Notes under the pieces: generated by a model
Told to the model about the DNA's origin: nothing
Seen by the model: the letters and a program-made list of their open reading frames with translations, nothing else
The model's database searches: none
Shown here: piece after piece, positions 9,679-20,620 of the stretch
How positions within the stretch are numbered: position 1 is the stretch's first letter
Layout of the letters: the number at the start of each line of letters is the position of its first letter
Assembly (NCBI RefSeq): GCF_006345805.1
Contig: NW_021834050.1
Location: 1-27,011, forward strand
DNA: 27,011 nucleotides
Origin: Octopus sinensis
Taxonomy: Eukaryota
Direction of reading: 5' to 3'
Translations under genes and position numbers: made by a program

Positions 9679-10807
9679 TATTACAAGTAATACCGATGAT
9701 ACTTTGTTGTGAAGTACTGCCTTTCGTCGCACCTCTCACAACACCAGTGAAACTGCTTCTCATCAAGCTGAAAGTATAGAGCTGAGTAAAGAACTGTAGT
9801 TTAAATAAACTGTGCGCACTGATTAGTATAACCCATTCTGATATATATATAATTCTAGAGTCAAGACTATTGAAAAGGTTGCAAGACGCACCAAAATTTT
9901 TAGGAAAATACAAAGAAATTAGTGGAAATTTTACCGGTGAGTGTATTAAATTATAAGGCATAAAAAGAAAATGACTCTCCTCAGACACAACTGAATAATT
10001 TTAGTAATTTATACTAGTAAATACCTCTAGTCTGGTTCATGTAACCCAAAAGATTTCAAGTGCAGCCCGCATTTTAAAATGGAATTTGTTGATTTGCTCA
10101 AATTTGGTGGCAGAAATAATTCGAAATTGTCTCTGCGTGCCTGACTGCGCACAGTTTTAGTAAAAGTCAGCCGCTAGTGAACTTTCCTACGGAAGACTAG
10201 ATACGTAATGTTCTACTCCTAGAACTATTTAAGTGACACTTCTTTAGAGGAAGCGCCACCCTTGGAATAATTCCTTGTGTAAACAAAATTCTTAAGTTAC
10301 GTAGATCTATGTTTTTACTGAGATATAAATCGTATGGATTTTTTTACAGTTGGAAAGAGGTGATTATGTGTAAAAGGAAGCATTCATATTTATTTGGCAA
10401 ACATAAACAAGGCGTGTGTTTTGACAAAGAAAAATAAAATAAAATAAATCAATAAATAACGATAAATAATGTTTTTCGAACAAGAGTTAAAATCAATGAG
10501 AACCAGGAGCAACTACTGAGTTTAAGAAAAATTAAATCATAAATCAACATTTTTCATATGCAACCATCTTAGGTTAAAAAATAATACAAAAATAAACCAA
10601 TGTTTTTAAATAACAGAAAGAGTACATCATCACATGTGTTATGCTTCTCGAGTAAAAATAAAATCCAAAATTACAGTTAATATAAAAATATAAGCGTAAA
10701 ACTTTTCTGCTCAGGAAAAAATAATAAATAAAACAATTGCCGTAATTCTTCGCAAACCTCATCATATTTTACAAGAACAATAAAAAAATAACTAAACTAA
10801 CTCTTAA

Positions 10808-10880
10808 TTTTTAGCTCTAAATTTAATAGAAAAGGAAAATGTCTTTTTAGCTTTAAATTTATTAGAAAAGGAAAAATCTC
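10808..10880. repeat. two-copy ~37-bp tandem duplication
   Basis: TTTTTAGCT(C/T)TAAATTTA(A/T)TAGAAAAGGAAAA twice. Confidence 0.85.
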
Positions 10881-12134
10881 TTTTTTGTTTCAGGGAAGTT
10901 GGCCTTTAATGGAATGGAAGAAGATTTGGAATGTTTAATGATGGAAGCCACTGTTTATTTTTGCACAATGAACCAAATCTCGGTGCAATATTTGTAAATG
11001 CTGGTCCAAAGCGATTTCTAAATCCTGGAACGATTTTTTAGAATTTAAAGCCACTCAACAACGAAAACGTTGATTTGCATAAATACGTTGTTTTACTAGA
11101 CAAAAGTGTTTCAAATTTAAGCCGGAAAATAAGAATTTTAAGCGGAAACCCCCATGCCAAAATGCATTTAAAGTTTTCACAAGAAATTCAAGCCTGCAAT
11201 TTGAATCGGTCGAAAGTTCTGCATATCCGTTCTGAGTTGTTAATAGCGGATGATTTTATGCACGCTACTTCAGCTGTGAATGACTTGTGAAACGAATCTA
11301 ATTGGTTATGATTTAATTTTGGCCACAACTATTTCTAAAATTTTTCCTTCTGGACTTTGCAAATAATCAATTATCATTTGCTTGATCAAATGAAAATTCA
11401 GTGCGTTTTCAAAATTGCATCATTTGTATACGGAAACATTTTTAATTCATCATTTTCTGTTTTGCCTTTTCATATATTTATTATTTTTTTATTATTGAAA
11501 GCTTGTATTTTAGATTTAATTTGAAAATATTGGTTTCCCCTCCTTGTCGAAACATTTTAAGTTCATTAAGTTTTCTAGAAACATCAAATGAATTGCTTAA
11601 TTTACATAATCAATCTTCTTTGTGAAACAAATTAGCAAAATCTGAATTTTGCACTGACAGGAATATTATGTCATTTTAACAAATTTTAATAACCGTTTCA
11701 AAAATTGTCCAGTTGAGAGACACTACACTTCCGTTTTCAATAATGTTTGCTGAAATTGGATTTGCGAAGAGGCGACTATTTAGTGTACAAGTTTATAAAA
11801 GTTAATAATTAAACTACGTCTTGTAATACTGTATTCCGAGCAGCAGCAATTTTGTTAGAATCTAATACCTCTCGTAAATCATGTGCTAAGTGAAAATAGG
11901 AATTTCGCTAACAGATATGACTTTAACTTGAAATCAAGCTTTCATTCGTCCCATTGCTGCCTGCCATTCTTTATTACACATTCCAAATATTCTTCCATTC
12001 AATTAAAGGCCTACTTCTCTGAAATAAAAGAGACTCTTGTGAAAATCATTTCCGCTGAGCTACGTCCATATCACAATTGACAGATCAACAAGCCTACGTG
12101 GACACTATTCTCGTAACAATGCCTGATATATCCC

Positions 12135-12328
12135 GATAATTGTTCTGAGTTACTAATGTTAGCCATTTTACGCATTGGAATTGTATAATAATAAAATTCA
12201 CCCAATAAGTTCATGGAATCGGCTATCTTCTAAAACACGGCTACCAACAGTAATATTTCACTGTGAGACCTTCGTTAATTCATCTTCAAATTTTTGCTGT
12301 GAAGAATGTATTTAATTTTAATCGCTGC
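12135..12328 (+). repeat. left copy of the 194-bp target duplication
   Basis: Identical to 13262-13455 except GTGAAGAAT versus GTGAGGAAT. Confidence 0.97.
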
Positions 12329-13261
12329 ATACGGAGTGTCGCAAGGCTCTCCTGCTATTCCGTCGCTCGGGCAACGCCTGCGGTGGGGGTTCCACCACAT
12401 TCTTCTATAGAGGGTTGGTAGAGGCGAAATGTGAAGACACCTTGGGGGAAACCCTGGGTCTCGACGATAATCAGCTGGCCAGTCTGTTCCGACGTACGTT
12501 CGAGCCGAAGACACTGGACAACTTCCAGAAGTCTCTGGCATGGCAATGCTACGAGGAGCTCTACCTGTTCGGGATAAACTCGCAAGGCACGGTGGCCAAG
12601 ACAGTCCGATGTGTCCAAGATGCGGACGGGATAGGGAAACCGTCCCGCACGCTATTGTTCATTGTTCGGTCGTGTCTGAGGTGTGGGTTTATGCCGAACA
12701 GCTGTTGTCAAGCACACGAAGAGTACAGCTGTCGACTGAGTGTATTAAAAAAATTGACCCACCAGATTTCCTCGCGAAAGAAGGTAAGAATTGTTTTCTC
12801 GTTGTGGTAGCAATTGCGAAAGAGGTGATATGGAAGACGAGAATGAAAGGTATACGGTCAGGCAAGTTCATATCCGGCCCTGGGTTGATGAATTACTTCA
12901 TCTACCACCTGAAAAGGAAGATAGGGCTGGAGAGAAAATGCCTGACTAAAAGAGTGTATGAAGAACGATGGAAGGATGTAGCACGGAAGTTGAGAATGGA
13001 TGACACCACATAAATGTAAATCAGAACGAAACCAAAAGTATCAGTGGTGAGGCGGGGCTCGTGGGGTCCGAGCTGAACCCGCCCCCACTCCACTTGTAAT
13101 GTCTTCCGGTCTGTTTTTTCATTCGATTTTATAATTTTTGCATTTTTGTGAATTTTTGAATTTTTAATCTCATCCTTTTTGTAACCCCATCCGAGAATCT
13201 GACCCCACATCAGGTTGTATTGTCCCCTCTTTGTTTGCCCCTTGTGGGTAATAATAAAACA
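12329..13261 (+). mobile_element. 5'-truncated Tx1/L1-clade non-LTR retrotransposon (ORF2 C-terminus plus 3' UTR)
   Basis: Abrupt GC-richer insert. The reading ...FQKSLAWQCY/RGALPVRDKL...CPRCGRDRETVPHAIVHC...AKEVIWKTR is a zf-RVT/CCHC region typical of L1/Tx1 ORF2. One frameshift near 12552, stop at 13013, T-rich UTR, end GCCCCTTGTGGGTAATAATAAAACA. Confidence 0.9.
12540..13013 (+). pseudogene. Tx1-type ORF2 C-terminal zinc-knuckle fragment
   Basis: C-x2-C-x8-H-x4-C (CPRCGRDRETVPHAIVHC) followed by W and IWKTR motifs; continues upstream in the 12415 frame. Confidence 0.88.
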
Positions 13262-13455
13262 GATAATTGTTCTGAGTTACTAATGTTAGCCATTTTACGC
13301 ATTGGAATTGTATAATAATAAAATTCACCCAATAAGTTCATGGAATCGGCTATCTTCTAAAACACGGCTACCAACAGTAATATTTCACTGTGAGACCTTC
13401 GTTAATTCATCTTCAAATTTTTGCTGTGAGGAATGTATTTAATTTTAATCGCTGC
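13262..13455 (+). repeat. right copy of the 194-bp target duplication
   Basis: 193/194 identical to 12135-12328; the hAT reading continues beyond it. Confidence 0.97.
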
Positions 13456-13550
13456 TGGTAACACAATGTCTTCATCGATGACTTTTTAAAAATTTTGCTC
13501 TTGAAATTAATTAAACAACTTTAATTTAATTATGTCTATAGTATAAATAC

Positions 13551-13930
13551 GTGGAGGCGCAATGACCCAGTGGTTAGGGCAGCGGACTCGCGGTCATAGG
13601 ATCGCGGTTTCGATTCCCAGACCGGGCGTTGTGAGTGTTTATTGAACGAAAACACCTAAAGCTCCACGACGCTCCGGCAGGGGATGGTGGTGATCCCTGC
13701 TGTACTCTTTCACCACAACTTTCTCTCACTCTTACTTCCTGTTTCTGTTGTATTTCAAAGGGCCAGCCTTGTCACTCTCTGTGTCACGCTGTATAGCCCC
13801 GAGAACTACGTTAAAGGTACACGTGTCTGTGGAGTGCTCAGCCACTTACACGTTAATTTCACGAGCAGGCTGTTCCGTTGATTCGGATCAACCGGAACCC
13901 TCGTCGTCGTAACCGACGGAGTGCTTCCCA
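13551..13930 (+). mobile_element. SINE C, full length with TSD
   Basis: GTGGAGGCGCAATGACCCAGTGGTTAGGGC head; TSD GTATAAATAC at 13541-13550 and 13931-13940. Confidence 0.94.
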
Positions 13931-14058
13931 GTATAAATACAGTTCTCGAGACAATGCTTCTCTTAACCGAAATATTATGATAGGTTTTTCAAAATGTTCC
14001 TCCTGAATTTCGAAAATCGGAGAGATGCCTTGAATCAAAATATTTCAATTATAGGTAT

Positions 14059-14607
14059 AGACACAGGCGTGGCCGTGTAGTAAGAAGCTTGCCTCCCATC
14101 ATCATGTTTGCAGGTTCAGTCCCACTGCGTGGCAACTTGGGCAGTTGTCATGAGTGGATTTTCTAGACAAGCTGAAAGAAACCCATCGCATCTTTATGTG
14201 TGTGTGTGTGTGTGTGTGTTGTTGTTGTTAAGCAACAAGACGGGTAAGGGTGATTAGATGATGGTCTAGGGCTTAGGGGCGGGAGACCCCAGACCCTGGA
14301 AAAAACACCTTGGTCGTCTTGTTGTTGTCGAGGGCTCTTCGTTGACGCCTGATACCACTGGGAGGTGGTCCTCGAAGTCGCTAGAAATGGATATCTCGAG
14401 GTCCAAATTCTTGAAAGGCTGTGTGTGTCCGCTTGACAACCGATGTTTTTGTGTTTACGTCCCCGAAACTTAGAAGTACACCAAAAAACCGATGAATGAA
14501 TACTAGGTTTACAAAGAATAAGTCCCAGGGTCGATTTGTCGGACTAAAAGCAGTGTTCCAGCATGGCCGCTGTCAAATGACTGAAACAAGTAAAAGAATA
14601 AAAGAAT
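14059..14607 (+). mobile_element. diverged SINE B carrying a ~200-bp insertion in its (TG)n
   Basis: Head at 14059-14196, (TG)n, insert at 14218-14419, then the tail through GTCAAATGACTGAAACAAGTAAAAGAATAAAAG. Confidence 0.88.
14218..14419 (-). mobile_element. probable retroelement 3' end with an (AAC)n tail, inserted in (CA)n
   Basis: GC-rich insert bounded by TG repeats on both sides; the minus strand ends ...CGTCTTGTTGCTTAACAACAACAAC; internal stems present. Confidence 0.55.
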
Positions 14608-14756
14608 ATGGGTTTCATTCTTTCAATGGCAACGTAATCATAACAAATTAAGCAGATAGGTGTAAGTTCATTATGTTTGTAATTAAAAGTAAGTCCATAT
14701 TGCAAATTTGATTCGTTACATTTCCTGTATTTGGTGACATTTTGGTATCAATTTGT

Positions 14757-15337
14757 GTTGCGCGCTGGGCGAAATGCCTTGCAGTATTTCGTCTGCCGCT
14801 TCGTTCTGAGTGCAAATTCCGTCGAGGTCGACTTTGCTTTTCACCTTTCGGGATCGAAAGTACCAGTTACGCACTGGCGTCGATATAATCGACCAACTCA
14901 GTTTGTCTGTCCTTGTTTGTGCTCTCTGTGTTTAGCCCCTTGTGGGTAGCAAAGAAATAAGTATTTCGTCTGCCGTTACGTTCTGAGTTTAAATTCCGCC
15001 GACGTCGACTTTGCTTTTCTTCCTTTCGGGGTCGATGAATTAAGTACCAGTTACGCACTGGGGTCGATATAATCGACTTAATTCGTTTGTCTGTCCTTGT
15101 TTGTCCCCTCTGTGTGTAGCCCCTTGCGGGCAGTAAAGAAATAGAAACTTTAGCACGCCGGGCGAAATGCTTTTAGGTATTTCATCTGTCTTTGCGTTCA
15201 AATTCCGCCGAGGTCGGCTTTCCCTTTCAGCTTCTTCGTGTCGATAAATTAAGTATCAGTTGCGTACTGGATTCGATCTCATCAACTGGTCCCTTCCCAT
15301 AAAATTTCGGGCCTTGTCCCTAGTGTAGAAAAGAATA
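14757..15337 (+). mobile_element. SINE A tandem array: two units with the Tx1-like tail followed by an older-type unit with a different tail
   Basis: Junctions GAAATA|AGTATTTCGTC (~14960) and GAAATA|GAAACTTTAGCACG (~15143); the last unit ends ...AAATTTCGGGCCTTGTCCCTAGTGTAGAAAAG. Confidence 0.9.
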
Positions 15338-15615
15338 ATTTCATACAAAGTTTGAAGCGAAATAATTTGTTTTAATTCTTATAATTATTAATAGTATTCA
15401 CTTATCATTTCAGAATACTGCTAATTAATTTTAATCCAATTTGAATATTTAAAAATTTAATATTATTTCAGAACAACCACTTTTGTTCACACCTTTCTCC
15501 AAAATATACGATAACGCGCATATAATGCTAAAAAGCCTTCTTATCGCGTTTCTCTAAATTTTCAATAGTGCATCTTCACCTCACGGCTTACACACCTATC
15601 CGTCCACCACTCCCC

Positions 15616-15721
15616 ACATATGTATATGTATATGTATATATATATATGTTATATATATGTATTTATATATATACATATATATATGTATATATATACATAC
15701 ATATATATATATGTATATATC

Positions 15722-15775
<54 letters not shown>

Positions 15776-15826
15776 GTATCTATATACATATATATACATA
15801 TATATATATGTATATATCTCATATTC

Positions 15827-15860
<34 letters not shown>

Positions 15861-15866
15861 ATATAT
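15616..15866. repeat. imperfect (TA)n microsatellite
   Basis: Direct inspection. Confidence 0.95.
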
Positions 15867-16267
15867 TGTAAGCGTAAGTAGCTTTAAGCGGTCTCATGTT
15901 TTATTCTAATCCAAAATGCATAATGCAAAAAAACTTCCTATTAAATTGCAAATTAAAACAACTTCGATAAAACTCGAATAGACGAAGGTAAATGTCTAAT
16001 TAAAAGTACAGTGCTTTTCCATTATCTGAAATCATTCGGAAGGAAAGTTTCGCTTTAGCTGCTCCGAAATCACGTGAATTTAACATTAAATTAAGAAACG
16101 ATGTTATTATTGTAATATGATGGAATTATTTTCTGTTATTTGTTTGCATTTTAACTTTTTTTGCAATTTAAATTTGTGAATTCACTTGCGAATATTTAGT
16201 TCTTCGGGGAAAACTGTTCCAAATTGCTTTCGCTAACTTCCTTAAATTTGTATGTACTCCCCTAGGG

Positions 16268-16615
16268 TAGGGGTTCTGAACCATTCTTTAAATATGGATC
16301 CCTTTGATTGCTATTTCATGTTGGTGGATCTCCATTGCCATTCCATGTTTAAAAACTAGTTTTATAGAAACTCCTTTCAAAATTCCTATTTTGGTTTTCA
16401 GACCTTCACTTGCACAACTTAAACTATGTAAAATATTAGAGAAAGGAACCAATCTATTTCTTGCAATACATACTAATACACACATATAAAATTTTTTTTT
16501 TCAACTGCCCTTAAATTATTATTGCAGATCATCAATTTAATATTTTGCTGCGTGGACCGACAACATTTTTTTATGGACACTCAGGGGCTATATGAACCCC
16601 GGTTGAGAACTATTG
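16268..16615. mobile_element. hAT (Charlie/Buster-type) MITE
   Basis: Degenerate TIRs TAGGGGTTCTGAACC / GGTTGAGAACTATTG (cf. CAGGGGTTCTCAACC); 8-bp TSD with central TA, CCCTAGGG / CCCTAAGT. Confidence 0.75.
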
Positions 16616-16882
16616 CCCTAAGTTGTTACAATCTTTGACAAAAGTGTTATCTGGGTTGTGTTGCCGCTTGGATAATTGCTGATACTTTGATAATTATAAT
16701 TAAGAAATCCATAAGGTAATGCATTTATAAAAGCGCAATGATAGGAGGAAGACGATTTTGATTCCTTACTATAAACTTTATACCTAAGAAAAATACATTA
16801 GCAACATTTGTGGGTCAGTTACCTGTGAAAACCTAATGGTCACATTTACATGAAGTTGATTTGTATACGAATTTATAGAGAA

Positions 16883-17280
16883 CTAGCAGTATCGCCCGGC
16901 GTTGCTCGGGTTTGTAAGGGAAATAACTATATAAGCATTTTTAGAGATGTAAAGTATAATAGCCATCTCAATATGGCTAACCACAAAGGGAGGGGGGTTA
17001 CTGTAGCTTTTTACGTTCTGAGATTTAATAATAAATTTTTAGAGAGTTACTTCCCGTATATATGCCAAAAATGCATTAAAAATGGGAAAAATTGATGGTA
17101 AATTTTTTTTTAAATCTTAGACTCATCGTAGACGCGCGCTAATACCCAGAAGGGCTCGATATGAATCACGACCATAAGATACCCGGTTTGGGTTAAACTG
17201 CACCGCAAAATGTGGGAGGAGTTAGGAATCTAAATCGAAGGGGACAGACACTCACACAATCTCACTTTTATATATAAAAA
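16883..17280 (-). mobile_element. non-autonomous Helitron, second subfamily
   Basis: The minus strand starts TTTTTATATATAAAAGTG (5' TC decayed) and ends ACAAACCCGAGCAACGCCGGGCGATACTGCTAG|T; shares TGCGGTGCA with 2987-3375. Confidence 0.8.
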
Positions 17281-17436
17281 TATACACAAAGACATACAGG
17301 AAGTAAATAGATGCCTTTAATTTTCAAAATTTCTGATCTAAGCGTCTTAATATGTTTTCAGCGGTGTAGAATTTACAATGCAATCATTCTTTTTCATTCC
17401 AGGTGCCATTGTATTAAGCATTTGCGAAGAGTAACC

Positions 17437-17583
17437 ATACCACGCACAAAAAATTCAGCAGAACTGTTAGATTTTCAAAGAGGTCGTATTGTTATTCCAT
17501 CTGAGGTTGATCTTAGCCAGCGAAAAATTGCCGAAAATCTTCAAATTCCTCTTGCTACTGTTAATAGAATCATAGTGCAATGA
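17437..17583 (+). pseudogene. Tc1-like transposase N-terminal HTH remnant
   Basis: [19 protein letters not shown]...[21 protein letters not shown] matches the Tc1 pattern '[12 protein letters not shown]...G.SQR.IA..L.I..STV.RII'. Confidence 0.75.
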
Positions 17584-17834
17584 GTTTGCAGCTTAGAACT
17601 TTAAGGTTGAAATATACTTTGCGTTATATCATTCTCATCTTTCGGAATGCGTTGAGCCAAGAGTTGGTCTCAATGTCATCCTGCGACCTCCGATTCACTT
17701 CATCGCTCAAAATTCAGTTCCCAAAATATTGTGCTTGATCGATTATTTGAGAAATGGGAAAATCTTTCACTGATCGTACTATAAATTTAGAAATTGCAGA
17801 ATTTTTATTTCCTCTCAGCTGCTATAAATATATA

Positions 17835-18391
17835 TCTCTTTATTGCCCACAAGGGGCTAAACATGGAGGGAACAAACAAGGACAGACAAAGGGATTAAGT
17901 CGATTACATCGACCCCAGTGCATAACTGGTACTAAACTTATCGACCCTGAAAGGATGAAAGGCAAAGTCGAAATACCTATTTCTTTATTACCCACAAGAG
18001 GCTAAACACAGAGAGGACAAACAAGGGCAGACAAAGGGATTAAGTCGATTACATCGACCTCAGTGCGTAACTGGTACTTAATTTATCGACCCCGAAAGGA
18101 TGAAGGTAAAGCCGACCTCGGCGGAATTTGAACTCAGAACGTAACGGCAGACGAAATAACTATTTCTTTACTACCCACAAGGGGCTAAACACAGAGAGGA
18201 CAAACAAGGACAGACACACGGATTAAGTCCATTATATCGACCCCAGTGCGTAATTGGTACTTAATTTATCGACCATGAAAGGATGAGAGGCAAAGTCGAC
18301 CTCGGCGGAATTTGAACTCAGAGCGTAACGGCAGACGAAATACCGCTAAGCATCTCGCCCGGCGTGCTTACGATTCTGGCAGCTGACCGCC
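17835..18391 (-). mobile_element. SINE A tandem array of three units (the last internally deleted)
   Basis: Single head at 18391; junctions at ~18160 and ~17977; period 183 bp; the third unit lacks the B-box segment via a deletion between TCG microhomologies. Confidence 0.92.
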
Positions 18392-18917
18392 TTTTGAACT
18401 GCTATAGATATAACCTTGAAAATAAGCATAAAGTCCACATGGCACTATCTCTTGTACGGTACTATACTCTACACCAATCTTTAGTTCAAAAGAGAGAAAT
18501 ATCAATATACATACTAATCTATTCAGGTTTTATTATCTGTGTGTTCTCTTTTATGTGTTAATCTAATCGTACAATGCAACAAAAGTTATTACCGATATCA
18601 TTCAATTCGCACAGCCATATATGGAAACTGTGAAAAGTTTTTCACTTGATATAATATGCTTGTCATATCTTGTTTGAGAAAATTGATAATGACGACATAT
18701 ATTGAATTAAGAAGTAGACATTCAGAATCCGGTTTACGTTGCCATTCGACCTATCATTTTATATACTTTGTCAATTAACTATATGTAATACAACTGTGTT
18801 TTTACTAAGCCACCGAAGATCATTGGTGGATGCAAGATGTGCGAGAAATAACAGTTGCAATTTCTTCAAATCACATCAAAATATTTTAGTGAAAAATACT
18901 AGACAGGATAATATTGT

Positions 18918-19335
18918 TCAGAGATCATGAAGAAAAAAATGCTTTCTAATTGATGTATCAATACCAGCAGATGACAACGTGTCTCTAAAAGAAATGGAGA
19001 AACTTTCAAAATACAAAGAACTGGAAATAAAGGTAACCCGAATGTGGAGTCTAAAAACAGAAACAATTCCTATCATAGTAGGTGCATTAGGCATGATAAA
19101 AAAATATTCAGACAAATACATAACAAAAACACCAGGACTTACAAACACATATAACATACAGAAAATTGCACTACTGGGCACTGCACACATACTACGCAAA
19201 ACATTTTCAATACAGTAACCATCAGAGCATCACAACAAAACACAGCACATACCCAAGGCACACAGAGGCTGCGCTCGGTAGTGAAGTGAAAGCACGCTAT
19301 AAAAATAAAACTACTGAATAATGATAATAATAATT
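18918..19335 (+). mobile_element. 3' end of an R4/Dong-clade (restriction-like endonuclease) non-LTR retrotransposon
   Basis: RDHEEKKCFLIDVSIPADDNVSLKEMEKLSKY...IPIIVGALG...IQKIALLGTAHILRK is the RLE C-terminus; short UTR ending in AATAATGATAATAATAAT, consistent with the (TAA)n preference of Dong. Confidence 0.88.
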
Positions 19336-19875
19336 TCTAGCGAAACCAACAAAACTCATTTACTGATTCTATAAAAAAAAGTCGCTAATAATATTCAGAA
19401 AAGCACAACGAACTGACACAGTTAGAAATAAATGGAATTTTATTAAGTCACTGTTTTTAAAAAAACTATGAAGAGGCTGCCGTCTCGTCATTTGTCAGCC
19501 ATGTTTATAAACTGTAAGAGACGCATTTTAAGGATGATTTATTTTCAATGTAAAATCTGAAGAAAAAATTTATGAGCCTGTTTCGTGTTGTAACTGAAAC
19601 GATTGATAATTTCTTTGTTCATTCAACCAATTGATAGGATAATGCGATGCAGCCACTGAAAATGTGTCAAACGTGTATCAGAAATATGGTAGAACGTAGC
19701 TAATAAAATTTACGTACGAAAAAAAAAGGTGGATGAATTGTTAAGATTGTTAAAGGAAGTAAGTGAGAATGCCAATGCATATGGAGCAAATTGTGGTGCG
19801 TGTAGTATTCCGTAATTCAGGATTACATTTAATATTCTTATAGTTTTGCATTTTAAGAAAAATTTACACTATCAA

Positions 19876-20175
19876 GCATGTGTGGTTAAAAAGCTCGCTT
19901 TTGTAACCATAATGTTTCGCGTTCAGTTCCGCTGCACGGCAATTTGACTGCTGTTTAAGGGATAATTGATTATGCTTTGCATTTTTTTTTCAGTCATCGG
20001 AGTACAGCTATGCTGGGGAGTCGCTTTGAAGGGCTGAACAGATCGAATCTCAATGCTTTTTCTTAAGTCTGGTACATAGTTTAATTTGCCGAACTGCTAA
20101 GTTACGGGGGACGTAAAGAAAACAACACCAGTTGTTATGCTGGGTGGAATTTAACACAAACACAAATACACGCAC
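19876..20175. mobile_element. two decayed SINE B fragments in opposite orientation (head +, tail -)
   Basis: TGTGTGGTTAAAAAGCT...GTTCAGTTCCGCTGCACGGCAA (+) and TTTCAGTCAT...TTGCCGAACTGCTAAGTTACGGGGGACGTAAA (-). Confidence 0.6.
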
Positions 20176-20387
20176 AAAACAACAAAAAAGCAAAAGAAAA
20201 AACAAAAAGAAAAAAAGATTATGTCGTAGGAATTTTGACGCATCGAAAGAACTTGAAATTTTTTTTAAAGGCTGAAAACGAAGTCGAAAAGATCTAAATA
20301 TTTGCGTTTAAATATGAGATAAAAACTATTCAAAAGCAATTATATACCTTTTCTATTTCGAGTTCAACGTTATAAAAAAAAGGAATA

Positions 20388-20409
20388 GTATACATACATA
20401 CATGCATGC

Positions 20410-20450
<41 letters not shown>

Positions 20451-20516
20451 TATATATATATGCATATATACTATATATATACATATATACATCTATATAT
20501 ATATATATATGTATAC

Positions 20517-20562
<46 letters not shown>

Positions 20563-20620
20563 ATATAAAAGATGTATACATATATATATATAGATGTATA
20601 TATGTATATATATGTATGTA
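20388..20620. repeat. imperfect (TA)n microsatellite
   Basis: Direct inspection. Confidence 0.95.

Larger units (their letters stand above)
10935..13520 (-). pseudogene. decayed hAT transposase (Buster/Charlie, ZBED5/SCAND3-like), interrupted by the Tx1 LINE
   Basis: Minus-strand fragments in the expected order: IDEDIVLPAAIKI (cf. IGEELILPAA), ELTKVSQ*NITVGSRV (cf. KIPLSNNTVSRRI), LLKTEV (cf. LLHTEVRW), KLNELKMFRQGGETNIFKLNLKIQAF, TTYLCKSTFS (hAT dimerisation domain), TNIAPRFGSLCKNKQ. Numerous stops and frameshifts. Confidence 0.85.

Noticed and set aside
10880-10935. Splice-acceptor-like TTTTTTGTTTCAG followed by a short frame
   Set aside because: No convincing exon or donor site; it adjoins the antisense hAT remnant.
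12135-13455. LTR retrotransposon or TRIM with 194-bp LTRs
   Set aside because: The repeats lack TG...CA ends, are part of the surrounding hAT reading, and the interior is a non-LTR ORF2 end.
13551-13630. tRNA gene
   Set aside because: The A/B boxes belong to a SINE head that continues into body and tail and is bounded by a TSD; the same holds for the other heads.
17835-18391. CRISPR-like regular repeats
   Set aside because: The units are contiguous ~183-bp SINE bodies with no unique spacers, in eukaryotic DNA, with no cas genes.
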